This document shows positions 42,398 through 50,791 of a stretch of DNA of 64,000 nucleotides, one piece after another (positions within the stretch are counted from its first letter, which is position 1; each line of letters opens with the position of its first letter). A program made the translations under genes and the position numbers. The notes beneath the pieces were generated by a model, which worked only from the letters and a program-made list of their open reading frames with translations, had not been told where the DNA came from and did no database searches. Origin of the DNA: Longimicrobiales bacterium (lineage in GTDB: Bacteria; Gemmatimonadota; Gemmatimonadetes; Longimicrobiales; Gaopeijiaceae); NCBI GenBank assembly GCA_965116905.1, contig OZ220732.1, positions 2,880,001 through 2,944,000 of the forward strand, written 5' to 3'.

Positions 42398-44829
42398 CCA
42401 AAGCGCGACCGTCGGCGGTGAACATGCCGTGGTGGCTGACCGCCGGGATCTTCGTGCTGACCACGGTGATCCTGTTCGGCGAGTTCATCTTCTCCGACCG
42501 GATGCTCTACGGCGGGGACACGCTCGCGCTGGGATACATGGCGCGCGCCTACTTCGCGGAACAACTTGCGGCGGGCGCCTTTCCGCTGTGGAATCCGCGG
42601 CTTCTTGGCGGAATCCCCTTCGTGGAAGCCCTCTCCGCCGGCGACTCGATCTACCCCACGAGTCTCCTGTACTACTTCATGGAGCCGTACCGGGCTCTGG
42701 GCTGGAAGCTCGTGCTCCATGTACTGGCGGGCGGGTTCTTCATGTACGGCTGGGCCCGCGGCCTGGGCCTGCAACGCCCGGCCGCCGCGCTCGGGGGGCT
42801 GGCCTGGCTGCTGGCCCCGGTCATCGTGACCCTCGTACTGCCCGGCAACGACGGCAAGCTCATGGTGGCGTCCCTCGCGCCCCTCGTCTTCTGGGCGGCC
42901 GACTCGGTCCTCCGCAGTCCCTCGGGGAAGACCGGCGCCGGGCTCGCGGGCGCCGTCGCCCTGGCCAGCCTGACCACTCAGTTCCAGACCGCGTACTTTC
43001 TCTTCGGTTCGGTCGGCGCCTACGCGGCATTTCGCACCGTACGGCTCTGGCGGGGCAGGGGACCGGGCGAGCGGGGCGTGCGGGAGGCGAGGGCGGCCCT
43101 TGCGCCGCTTGGTCTGTTCCTGCTGTGCGCGGTCCTGGGTGCAGGGATCGCGAGCGTCCAGCTGATACCCGCGGCGGAATACGTCACCGAGTCCTCCCGG
43201 CGCATTGCGACCACCCTCGAGGCCACGCCCGAAGAGGCGATCGCCTATTCGAGCTCCTGGTCATTGCACCCGGAAGAAGTGGCGGGCCTGATGGTTCCGG
43301 AGTTCGTGGGGAACAGCGGGGCCGAAGCCGACTGGGCTCGGGGGACCTACTGGGGACGGAACGCCTTCAAGGGCAACCACGAGTACCTGGGAATCCCCGT
43401 ATTGCTGCTCGCCGTGTTCGCGCTTTTCGGTCGGCGCCGGCGGGCCCTCAGGTGGTTCATGGCGGCGATGAGCCTGCTCTGGCTCCTCTTTGCGCTGGGC
43501 ACCCACACCCCCGTGTGGCGGCTCTTCTATGAAATCGTGCCCGGCATCTCGCTGTTCCGGGTTCCGTCGATAAGCGCTTTTCTGGTCAGCTTCGGTGCCA
43601 CCACGCTGTTCGCGCTCGGAGTCGACGACATGGTGCGCGAGCCCCCATCGCGCGCCGGGTTCTTCCGCACGCGGCGTGGCCAGGCCCTGCTCGCATGCCT
43701 GGGCTTGCTGGTCGTCGGCCTCCTCCTCCAGTCCTCGGGCGCGCTCGGGCGAATGTGGACGACACTGGTGTATCCGGATGCGGGCCCGCGCAGCCTGGCG
43801 ACGCTTGCAGCCGCTTCCCCCTTCATCACCCGCGGCTTCGTGATCGCGATCCTGCTGGCCGGCCTGACGATCGGCTCGCTGTGGGCCGGCCTTGAGCGCA
43901 AAGTGCCCCTCACCGCCGCGCTGGCTGCGCTGGGACTGCTCGTCGCGCTCGACCTCGGCCGGGTGGACCGGGCCTTCATCACCACATGGGACTTCCATGC
44001 CTGGGCGGCCGCCGACGACAACACGCGCTTCCTGCAGAACCGCCGCGAGACAGCCCCGCCGTTCCGGGTCGCGGACCTGCGGGGCGACGACCAGAACGTC
44101 GATCTGGCCATGTTCGGACTGGACCTGTTCGCGGGGCACCACCCGAACGACCTGGCCCGGTACCGCCAGCTTCTCGGCCTGGAGGCGAGCCGCCGGGAGG
44201 GCGCGAATACACGGCATCAGAACGTCCTGCGCCTGATGAACGTCAAGTACCTGGTCTGGCCCGAGGGGGCATTCGGCGGGCCTCCCTACGAGGGCGCTCC
44301 GCGCATGAGTTCGGCCCAAACCGCGAGGGGGCTCGAGGCGGTCTATGCCTACCCGGGGCTGGACCGGGCCTGGCTCGCGGGAGCGACCACGGTGCTGGAC
44401 GACGATCGCGCTATCGAGCGGATCCTGTCCGCCGACTTCGATCCCGCGGCCGAGGCCGTCCTCTCCAACGCCGTGCCGATCGCCCCCGTGTCCGACGCCT
44501 CGGGCTCGGTCGAGTGGGAGATGGATACACCGGGGCACCGCACGCTCACGGTCCGGAGCGATGGCCCGGCTCTGCTGGTCGTTTCCGAAAACTGGTTCCC
44601 CGGGTGGGAGGCCGAGGTCGATGGCCGGCAAACGCCCGTGCACCGGGTCAACCTCACGCTGCAGGCCGTGGAGATCCCCGGGCCGGGCGTCCATAGCGTC
44701 ACGCTGCGCTTCACGGCCCCCTCCGTCCGCAATGCACTGCGGGTCAGCATCGCGTGCGCGGTGGCAACCCTGCTGCTCCTGACGGTGTCCCTGGTTCCCG
44801 CGCGGCTGCGGCAACGGAAGCGGGATTGA
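42394..44829 (+). CDS. YfhO-family GT-C membrane glycosyltransferase
   Basis: PLWNP...GG.PF, many TM helices, YLG, RVP, C-terminal LVVSENWFPGWEAEVDG....VN..LQAV. Confidence 0.85.
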   Translation: MTKARPSAVNMPWWLTAGIFVLTTVILFGEFIFSDRMLYGGDTLALGYMARAYFAEQLAAGAFPLWNPRLLGGIPFVEALSAGDSIYPTSLLYYFMEPYRALGWKLVLHVLAGGFFMYGWARGLGLQRPAAALGGLAWLLAPVIVTLVLPGNDGKLMVASLAPLVFWAADSVLRSPSGKTGAGLAGAVALASLTTQFQTAYFLFGSVGAYAAFRTVRLWRGRGPGERGVREARAALAPLGLFLLCAVLGAGIASVQLIPAAEYVTESSRRIATTLEATPEEAIAYSSSWSLHPEEVAGLMVPEFVGNSGAEADWARGTYWGRNAFKGNHEYLGIPVLLLAVFALFGRRRRALRWFMAAMSLLWLLFALGTHTPVWRLFYEIVPGISLFRVPSISAFLVSFGATTLFALGVDDMVREPPSRAGFFRTRRGQALLACLGLLVVGLLLQSSGALGRMWTTLVYPDAGPRSLATLAAASPFITRGFVIAILLAGLTIGSLWAGLERKVPLTAALAALGLLVALDLGRVDRAFITTWDFHAWAAADDNTRFLQNRRETAPPFRVADLRGDDQNVDLAMFGLDLFAGHHPNDLARYRQLLGLEASRREGANTRHQNVLRLMNVKYLVWPEGAFGGPPYEGAPRMSSAQTARGLEAVYAYPGLDRAWLAGATTVLDDDRAIERILSADFDPAAEAVLSNAVPIAPVSDASGSVEWEMDTPGHRTLTVRSDGPALLVVSENWFPGWEAEVDGRQTPVHRVNLTLQAVEIPGPGVHSVTLRFTAPSVRNALRVSIACAVATLLLLTVSLVPARLRQRKRD

Positions 44830-45788
44830 CGCTCTCCGGGGAAGCGCGCGCCGGGTTGGGCCGGAAGCACGCGCGGCGGTGGGGCGCTGCGGCGGCCAAG
44901 GCTGCCCTTGCGGTCGCCGTGACATGGCTGATCCTGCGGGCCGCGGGTGTTCGCCTCGCCGAGGCCGGTTCCAATATCGACTGGTCGCTTCTGCGACCGG
45001 ACATTCCCGTCCTGCTCCTGTCGATGGCGGCCCTCTTCGCCGCATTTGCCCTGCAGGCCCGGCTGTGGGCCTGGCTCCTGACCCATTTCGGAGGACCGCC
45101 GGTTCGGCTCGTGGTGGCCACGGCGATCATCCTCGTGGCCAACATGGGGAGGTACATCCCTGGCAAGATCTTCCAACTGGCGGGCCTGGCCCTGCTCGCC
45201 AGGCGTGAAGGCGCATCCGGGGTGCAGGCCGGCGTGGCCGCGGTCACGGGACAGGTCCTGAATCTCCTGGCGGCCGCGCTGGTGGGTGGATGGGCGGCCT
45301 ACGCCGCCGGTTCGATCCCGCCCGGGATCGGCCTCGCCGCGGGATTGGCGGTCGTGCTGGGTGTCGCCGTTCTGGTGGGCACAGGCTGGGCCGGAAGGGT
45401 GCTGCGCTGGATGCTGCGGCGCAGCGGTCACGAACAGGACGTGGCGTTGCCTGGGCGGAGGGTCCTCGGACTCTGTCTGGCCGGATACGTCGCGGGCTGG
45501 GCCGCGTATGGCCTCGCGTTCTTCTGGCTGGCCCGCGGTGCCGGCCTCGATATCCCGCTCGCCACCGCCATCACGGCCTTCTCCGGCGCCTATTTCGTCG
45601 GCTACATTTCTCTGGTACCCGGGGGTATCGGGGTCCGGGAAGGAGGTCTTTACGTGCTCCTTGTTTCGGTGCTGGGACCTCAGGGCAGCCTGGTATTGGC
45701 CGGACTGCAGCGCGTGTGGATCACGGTTGGCGAGCTCCTGGGAGCCGTGGGCGGCACAGCGCTACTGAAGATGCGGGGGCGGGCATGA
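44826..45788 (+). CDS. UPF0104 / LPG-synthase-TM flippase-like membrane protein
   Basis: GRYIPGK and PGGIGVRE motifs; multi-TM. Confidence 0.8.
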   Translation: MTLSGEARAGLGRKHARRWGAAAAKAALAVAVTWLILRAAGVRLAEAGSNIDWSLLRPDIPVLLLSMAALFAAFALQARLWAWLLTHFGGPPVRLVVATAIILVANMGRYIPGKIFQLAGLALLARREGASGVQAGVAAVTGQVLNLLAAALVGGWAAYAAGSIPPGIGLAAGLAVVLGVAVLVGTGWAGRVLRWMLRRSGHEQDVALPGRRVLGLCLAGYVAGWAAYGLAFFWLARGAGLDIPLATAITAFSGAYFVGYISLVPGGIGVREGGLYVLLVSVLGPQGSLVLAGLQRVWITVGELLGAVGGTALLKMRGRA

Positions 45789-46516
45789 CAGATTCCGAAC
45801 GCGTGCTGGTCGTGATTCCCACGTACAACGAGCGCGACAACCTGCCGCGCATCGTCCCGCAGGTGCTGGAGCAGGGAGACGCGTTGCACGTGCTCGTAGT
45901 CGACGACAACTCGCCCGACGGAACCGGTGACATCGCTGACCAGCTGGCGGCCGGCAACGAACGGGTCGCCGTGCTCCACCGACCGGGAAAGCAGGGCCTG
46001 GGCGCGGCTTACGTTGCCGGGTTCAAGTGGGGATTGAAGAGAGATTTCGACGCGTTCGTGGAGATGGACGCCGATCTCTCCCACCCGCCGGCCATGCTGC
46101 CCGTGATCCTGGACGAGATCCGGCGGGACATCGACGTCGTGGTGGGCTCCCGATACCTGGGCGGCCGGATCACGGTGGTGAACTGGCCGATGCGGCGTCT
46201 GATGATCAGCCTCTTCGGGTCGTGGTACGCGCGGGTGATCACCCGCCTTCCGGTTCGCGACGCCACCGGTGGCTTCAACGCCTTCCGGCGCCGCGTCCTC
46301 GAGCGCGTCCGCCTGGACCGGATCCAGTCGAACGGATACAGCTTTCAGATCGAGCTGAAGCTGAGGGCGTGGCGAGGGGGCTTCGAGTTGCGCGAGGTGC
46401 CCTTCGTCTTCACCGAACGGGACAGCGGCGAGTCCAAGATGTCGAAGAACATCATCTGGGAAGCCGTGTGGCGGGTCTGGAAGCTGCGCATTCTGGATCT
46501 GCTGGGACGCCTCTGA
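45785..46516 (+). CDS. Polyprenol monophosphomannose synthase-like GT2
   Basis: IPTYNE, VDDNSPDGT, MDADLSH, DATGGF, GYSFQIE, GESKMS. Confidence 0.93.
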   Translation: MTDSERVLVVIPTYNERDNLPRIVPQVLEQGDALHVLVVDDNSPDGTGDIADQLAAGNERVAVLHRPGKQGLGAAYVAGFKWGLKRDFDAFVEMDADLSHPPAMLPVILDEIRRDIDVVVGSRYLGGRITVVNWPMRRLMISLFGSWYARVITRLPVRDATGGFNAFRRRVLERVRLDRIQSNGYSFQIELKLRAWRGGFELREVPFVFTERDSGESKMSKNIIWEAVWRVWKLRILDLLGRL

Positions 46517-46527
46517 CAGCCCGAGCC

Positions 46528-47145
46528 ATGGCGCTCATCGATCTGTGCTACCGGTGTCCACAGTGCGGCCACGACCCGATGAGCGGGGAAGGGGACGCGG
46601 CCTGGTGCGCATCCTGCGGCATTCGGCTCGAGCGCAGCCGCGGCCGACTCCTGCTGTCGCTTCCGGACGGCGACAAGCGGTTCGACGTCAGCGCGGCCGA
46701 CCTGTGCCGGCGGATCGACGAACACGGCGGCCCGGTCAGCCGTGCGACCAGGGACGACGGTACGCTGGAATACTCGGCCCGCGCGCGGATTTCCTGGCGG
46801 GTCGCGGAGCGGGCCGTTCGGTACCGCGGGGTGTTGCGGGGCTTCGCCGAGAGCATGGGCCCCGCGGCGCCGGGCACCATCACTGTCGACCGCGAACGGG
46901 TACATGTGGGGTGCGGCGACCGACGCGCCGGAAGCTGGCGCCATCTCGACCTTGGCGCGGTCCAGGCGTCGTCCTCTTCGCTGCAGCTGTCGCTGCCGGG
47001 TGACCAGCTCGTCCAGCTCCGTTTCGTTGACGATTCGCCCAGGCGCTGGGAAACCCTGATGCGGCGGCTGATCAGCGACGCGTACGAGCGCGCGGGGCGG
47101 GGCACGGTGGTGGAATTCCAGCCCAGGATCGTCACACGATGGTAG
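46528..47145 (+). CDS. Hypothetical Zn-ribbon protein (CPQC...CASC)
   Basis: YRCPQCG...WCASCG N-terminus, beta-rich C-terminus; in operon context. Confidence 0.75.
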   Translation: MALIDLCYRCPQCGHDPMSGEGDAAWCASCGIRLERSRGRLLLSLPDGDKRFDVSAADLCRRIDEHGGPVSRATRDDGTLEYSARARISWRVAERAVRYRGVLRGFAESMGPAAPGTITVDRERVHVGCGDRRAGSWRHLDLGAVQASSSSLQLSLPGDQLVQLRFVDDSPRRWETLMRRLISDAYERAGRGTVVEFQPRIVTRW

Positions 47146-47152
47146 GCGCCCA

Positions 47153-47803
47153 ATGGTAGGCGGCTGGTATGCGTTCTTCCGGTTCGCGTTCGGGTGGATC
47201 GGGAAGGTGCTGGCCCGGTGCCGCGTGTCGGGCACGTCGCACATCCCCCGCAAAGGGGCCTTCATCCTGGTCGCGAACCACGAGAGCATCCTCGATCCGC
47301 TCCTCATACAGACGAACTGCCGCCGCACCGTCCATTTCTTCGCGAAGAGCACACAGTTCGGGGCGAACGCCCTGTTCGCCTGGTTCCTGCCCCGTGTCGC
47401 GGCCATTCCGGCCCGCCGCTACCGGGTCGATCCGCAATCGGTCCGCACCGCGCTCAGGGCCCTGGACCACGGCGACGGCGTGGGCATCTACCTGGAGGGA
47501 GAGCGCAGCTGGGAGGGCGCGCTGCGGCCCTTCCGGCGCGGGTCCATCCGCCTGATCCTGAAAGCGGGCGTGCCCGTGGTCCCGTGCCACATATCCGGCA
47601 CCTACGACGCGTGGCCGCGCTGGACCCGTTCCAGGTGGCGGTCGCCCGTTCACATTCGCTACGGCGAGCCGCTGCACTTCGGCGTGCACGAAACGCGGGC
47701 CGAACGGGAATCGGCGCTGGAGCCCGCCACCCGACGCCTGCGCCAGGCCCTGCTCGGATTGGCCGGGGAGCGTCCCGACCGACCGTGGCCCACTGGCGCC
47801 TGA
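47153..47803 (+). CDS. plsC: 1-acyl-sn-glycerol-3-phosphate acyltransferase family
   Basis: NHESILDP (HX4D), FFAK, YLEGERS, PVVP. Confidence 0.88.
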   Translation: MVGGWYAFFRFAFGWIGKVLARCRVSGTSHIPRKGAFILVANHESILDPLLIQTNCRRTVHFFAKSTQFGANALFAWFLPRVAAIPARRYRVDPQSVRTALRALDHGDGVGIYLEGERSWEGALRPFRRGSIRLILKAGVPVVPCHISGTYDAWPRWTRSRWRSPVHIRYGEPLHFGVHETRAERESALEPATRRLRQALLGLAGERPDRPWPTGA

Positions 47804-47829
47804 CGCCGAACGCAGCGAGTATTCCGGTC

Positions 47830-48756
47830 ATGCGCTCGGCACTTCTGTGGGTCTCGGAGAACAGGTGGTGCTCCAACACGCTGCCCCGGTACGGGTTTGT
47901 ACGAAGGGCCGTGCGCAGGTTCATGCCCGGCGAAACCCTGGGAGACGCGCTCGACGCCGCCAGAGGGCTGGAACGGGCGCGGGGAATCCCGACGCTGATC
48001 ACTTTCCTCGGCGAAAACGTCGCGGACCGGGCCGAAGCGCGGGCGGTTGCCGACCACTACGTACAGGCCGCCGCCGAAGTCGCTTCGCGTGGCCTCGACG
48101 CCGAGTTGTCCGTAAAGCCCACGCACCTGGGCCTCGATCTGGGGATCGACGTCGCCGAGGAGAATCTGCGGCTGATCACGCGCTCTGCGGAGGCCCACGG
48201 GAACTGGGTCTGGATCGACATGGAGTACAGCCGGTATGTGGATCCGACCCTCGATCTCTACCGCTCCATCCGCACCGACCACGACAATTTCGGCATCTGT
48301 CTGCAGTCCTACCTCTATCGCACCCCGGCCGACCTCGAGTCGCTCATCCCGATGGGCCCTGCCATACGGATGGTGAAGGGCGCCTACGCCGAACCCGCCG
48401 AAATCGCGTTTCCCGAAAAGAGGGACGTCGACCAGGCATTCTTCGACCTGACGACGCGCATGCTCGCCCCCGACGCGCTCGCGGCGGGAATGCGCGCCGG
48501 TCTGGCCACGCACGATACGGCGCTGATCGCCCGAATCGACGAATGGGCGCAGTCGAACGGCGTTGCATCCGAAGCCTACGAATACCAGATGCTGTATGGC
48601 ATCTCACAGAGGGAACAGGTCCGTCTCGCCCGGATGGGGCGGGGAGTGCGCGTTCTCATCAGCTACGGCGAACACTGGTTCCCGTGGTACGTGAGGCGGC
48701 TGGCCGAACGCCCTGCCAACGTCGCCTTCGTCGTCCGCAGCATGCTTCCATGGTGA
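47830..48756 (+). CDS. Monofunctional proline dehydrogenase
   Basis: RFMPGE, SVKPT.LG, IDME, QSYLYRT, RMVKGAY, ATHD, QMLYG, YVRRLAERP. Confidence 0.95.
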   Translation: MRSALLWVSENRWCSNTLPRYGFVRRAVRRFMPGETLGDALDAARGLERARGIPTLITFLGENVADRAEARAVADHYVQAAAEVASRGLDAELSVKPTHLGLDLGIDVAEENLRLITRSAEAHGNWVWIDMEYSRYVDPTLDLYRSIRTDHDNFGICLQSYLYRTPADLESLIPMGPAIRMVKGAYAEPAEIAFPEKRDVDQAFFDLTTRMLAPDALAAGMRAGLATHDTALIARIDEWAQSNGVASEAYEYQMLYGISQREQVRLARMGRGVRVLISYGEHWFPWYVRRLAERPANVAFVVRSMLPW

Positions 48757-49916
48757 ACGTCCCAATGAACACAAGTCATCGTCCGCCCGCTCGCATTCGT
48801 CCGCCCGTTGTTCGCATTCGTCCGCCTGCCCGCCGATGGGTCGGCGTATGCGTCCTGTCGGCGTGCCTCGGCAGTGCTGCGTGCGAAACCGCTGAGGCCC
48901 CGAGTGCGGCCGAGCATCCGAGTGTCGTCGCCGCCCGCGCCCTGGTGGACTCGGTGATGGAGGCAAACGCGATCCCCGGTCTGTCCGTGGCCGTTGGAAG
49001 GGATTCAGAAGTCATGTGGTCAGAAGGTTTTGGGTATTCGGACTTGACTCACGACGTAAGAGTGACGCCCGCCACGAAGTTCCGCGTCGGAAGCGTGTCC
49101 AAGCCGATAACGGCGGCGGCGATCGGCGTGCTCCTGGAAGAGGGTGCGCTGGACCTGGACGCGCCGGTGCAGACGTACGTGCCGTCCTTTCCGGAGAAGC
49201 AGTGGCCGGTCACCACCAGGCTGCTGGCGGGGCACCTGGGGGGAATCCGGCACTACGAGGGGGACGAGAACTTCTCTTCGGTCCGCTATCCGACCGTCCT
49301 GTCCGGCCTCGCCATCTTCCAGGACGACCCGCTGATCAACGAGCCGGGCACCGAGTATTCCTACTCGTCATATGCATGGAATCTGATCAGCGCGGTGATC
49401 GAGGGCGCCAGTGGCGAGGCGTTCCTGGACTACATGGACAGGGTGGTGTTCGATCCGCTGGCGATGGAGCACACGGTGGCGGGCCACACGGACAGCATCA
49501 TCCCGAATCGGACGCGTTTCTACACTCTGTCGCCCACGGGCGAGGTCCTGAACGCCCCGTACGTCGACAACAGCTACAAATGGGCGGGCGGGGGATTCCT
49601 CTCGACGCCGGAGGATCTGTTGCGCTTTGCGAACGGCCACCTGGAGCCCGGTTTCCTGCAGGCGGAGACGCTGGAGCTGCTGTTCGCCTCCCAGCGAACG
49701 CGGGACGGGACCGAGACGGGATACGGTTTGGGCTGGCGCTCCAGCACCAACTCGCATGGCGAACGAATCGTGTCGCACGGCGGCGGATCGGTCGGTGGGC
49801 GCACGATGCTAACCATGAATCGGGACAACGGGCTCATCGTGGCCATCGTTGCGAATCTGTCCAGCGCGCCCATGACGGGCGAACTGGCAGGGGGGATCGA
49901 GGAACTGTTCCGATAG
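48750..49916 (+). CDS. Serine hydrolase, beta-lactamase-related lipoprotein (start uncertain)
   Basis: SVSK (SxxK), YSYSS, HGG; lipobox-like GSAAC. Confidence 0.9.
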   Translation: MVNVPMNTSHRPPARIRPPVVRIRPPARRWVGVCVLSACLGSAACETAEAPSAAEHPSVVAARALVDSVMEANAIPGLSVAVGRDSEVMWSEGFGYSDLTHDVRVTPATKFRVGSVSKPITAAAIGVLLEEGALDLDAPVQTYVPSFPEKQWPVTTRLLAGHLGGIRHYEGDENFSSVRYPTVLSGLAIFQDDPLINEPGTEYSYSSYAWNLISAVIEGASGEAFLDYMDRVVFDPLAMEHTVAGHTDSIIPNRTRFYTLSPTGEVLNAPYVDNSYKWAGGGFLSTPEDLLRFANGHLEPGFLQAETLELLFASQRTRDGTETGYGLGWRSSTNSHGERIVSHGGGSVGGRTMLTMNRDNGLIVAIVANLSSAPMTGELAGGIEELFR

Positions 49917-49976
49917 CCGAGGGCAGGGACCGGTCGGGATTCCCATTGTGTTAGGTCGTGATGCTGAAAATGCACG

Positions 49977-50004
49977 ACTTTACATAATACATATTATGCG
50001 ACAT
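49977..50004 (-). other. dif: XerC/XerD dif-like chromosome dimer resolution site
   Basis: Minus strand ATGTCGCATAA-TATGTA-TTATGTAAAGT versus E. coli GGTGCGCATAA-TGTATA-TTATGTTAAAT; AT-rich gap between convergent genes. Confidence 0.88.
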
Positions 50005-50039
50005 AATAGGGCGAAGCGTGGAAAAACCTCCGGGTCCGC

Positions 50040-50738
50040 CTAGTTCAGCGCCGCCGCCATCTCCGCCCGCCGCATCTCCACGAGCCCGCGCTCGGGATCC
50101 CCTTCCTCCATTTCCTCCAGCAGACGGTCGTAGATCTCCAGCGCGGCCTCGTAGTCGCCCTGGCTCGCTTGCAGCCGAGCCTCGTCCGCGAGGGCGTCGC
50201 GTGTCACAAAGCTCAGGCGGGCCCGTTCGGCGAGCCGTTCGTACAACCCCTCGGCCATCTGGAGGTTGCCGGCGTCTTCGGAGATGGCGGCGAGGAGTGC
50301 CGCAGCCTGGGCCCCCAACGGGTTCCCGACATCGCCGGCAATCGGCTCCAGCACCTCGATGGCCGCGTCGAGGTCGCCGAGATCAGCGGTCACCTGACCC
50401 AGCGTTAGTCGCGCTTCACCCGCCGAAGAGGTGCTTCCGAAGCGCTCCAGGTACACCTGCAGGTCGGCCTGGACGCCGGCCTGATCTCCAGCGTCGAGGC
50501 GCAACTGCAGATCCTCGAGCCGTGCGGCCGCCGTTTCTCCCAGGTCGGCCCGGTAGCGCGCGTAGTACACGAGGGCGACGACGCCCAAAGCCACCAGGAT
50601 GACACCGGCGGTCAGTGTCGGCCTGTTGCGCTGGGCCCAGTTGCTGACTTCCAGTGTCTTGGCGACGAAGGCGTCCTCCTGGTCGACCGGATTGACGGGT
50701 TTGCTGGGTCGGGACCCGGGTTTGCGGTATTTTGTCAT
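50040..50738 (-). CDS. YfgM-like membrane-anchored TPR protein
   Basis: N-terminal EDAFV motif, one TM helix, TPR-like helical repeats. Confidence 0.8.
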   Translation of the reverse strand: MTKYRKPGSRPSKPVNPVDQEDAFVAKTLEVSNWAQRNRPTLTAGVILVALGVVALVYYARYRADLGETAAARLEDLQLRLDAGDQAGVQADLQVYLERFGSTSSAGEARLTLGQVTADLGDLDAAIEVLEPIAGDVGNPLGAQAAALLAAISEDAGNLQMAEGLYERLAERARLSFVTRDALADEARLQASQGDYEAALEIYDRLLEEMEEGDPERGLVEMRRAEMAAALN

Positions 50739-50745
50739 CGGATCA

Positions 50746-50783
50746 CGTCGTTTAGCCGGACTGTCGTCGTTTAGCCGCACTGT
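50746..50783. repeat. 19-bp tandem repeat in a divergent intergenic gap
   Basis: CGTCGTTTAGCCGGACTGT / CGTCGTTTAGCCGCACTGT (one mismatch). Confidence 0.85.
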
Positions 50784-50791
50784 CGCGTAGC

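Noticed and set aside
48750..49916. Antibiotic-resistance beta-lactamase
   Set aside because: The motifs (SxxK, YSS, HGG) fit the broad esterase/peptidase serine hydrolase family, not AmpC (YxN, KTG).
49950..49981. GTTAGGT as an integron attC core, and the GTCGTG/CACGAC hairpin as a terminator
   Set aside because: No matching inverse core or cassette array; the stem is short with a long loop and a weak U tract. The adjacent dif explains the region better.
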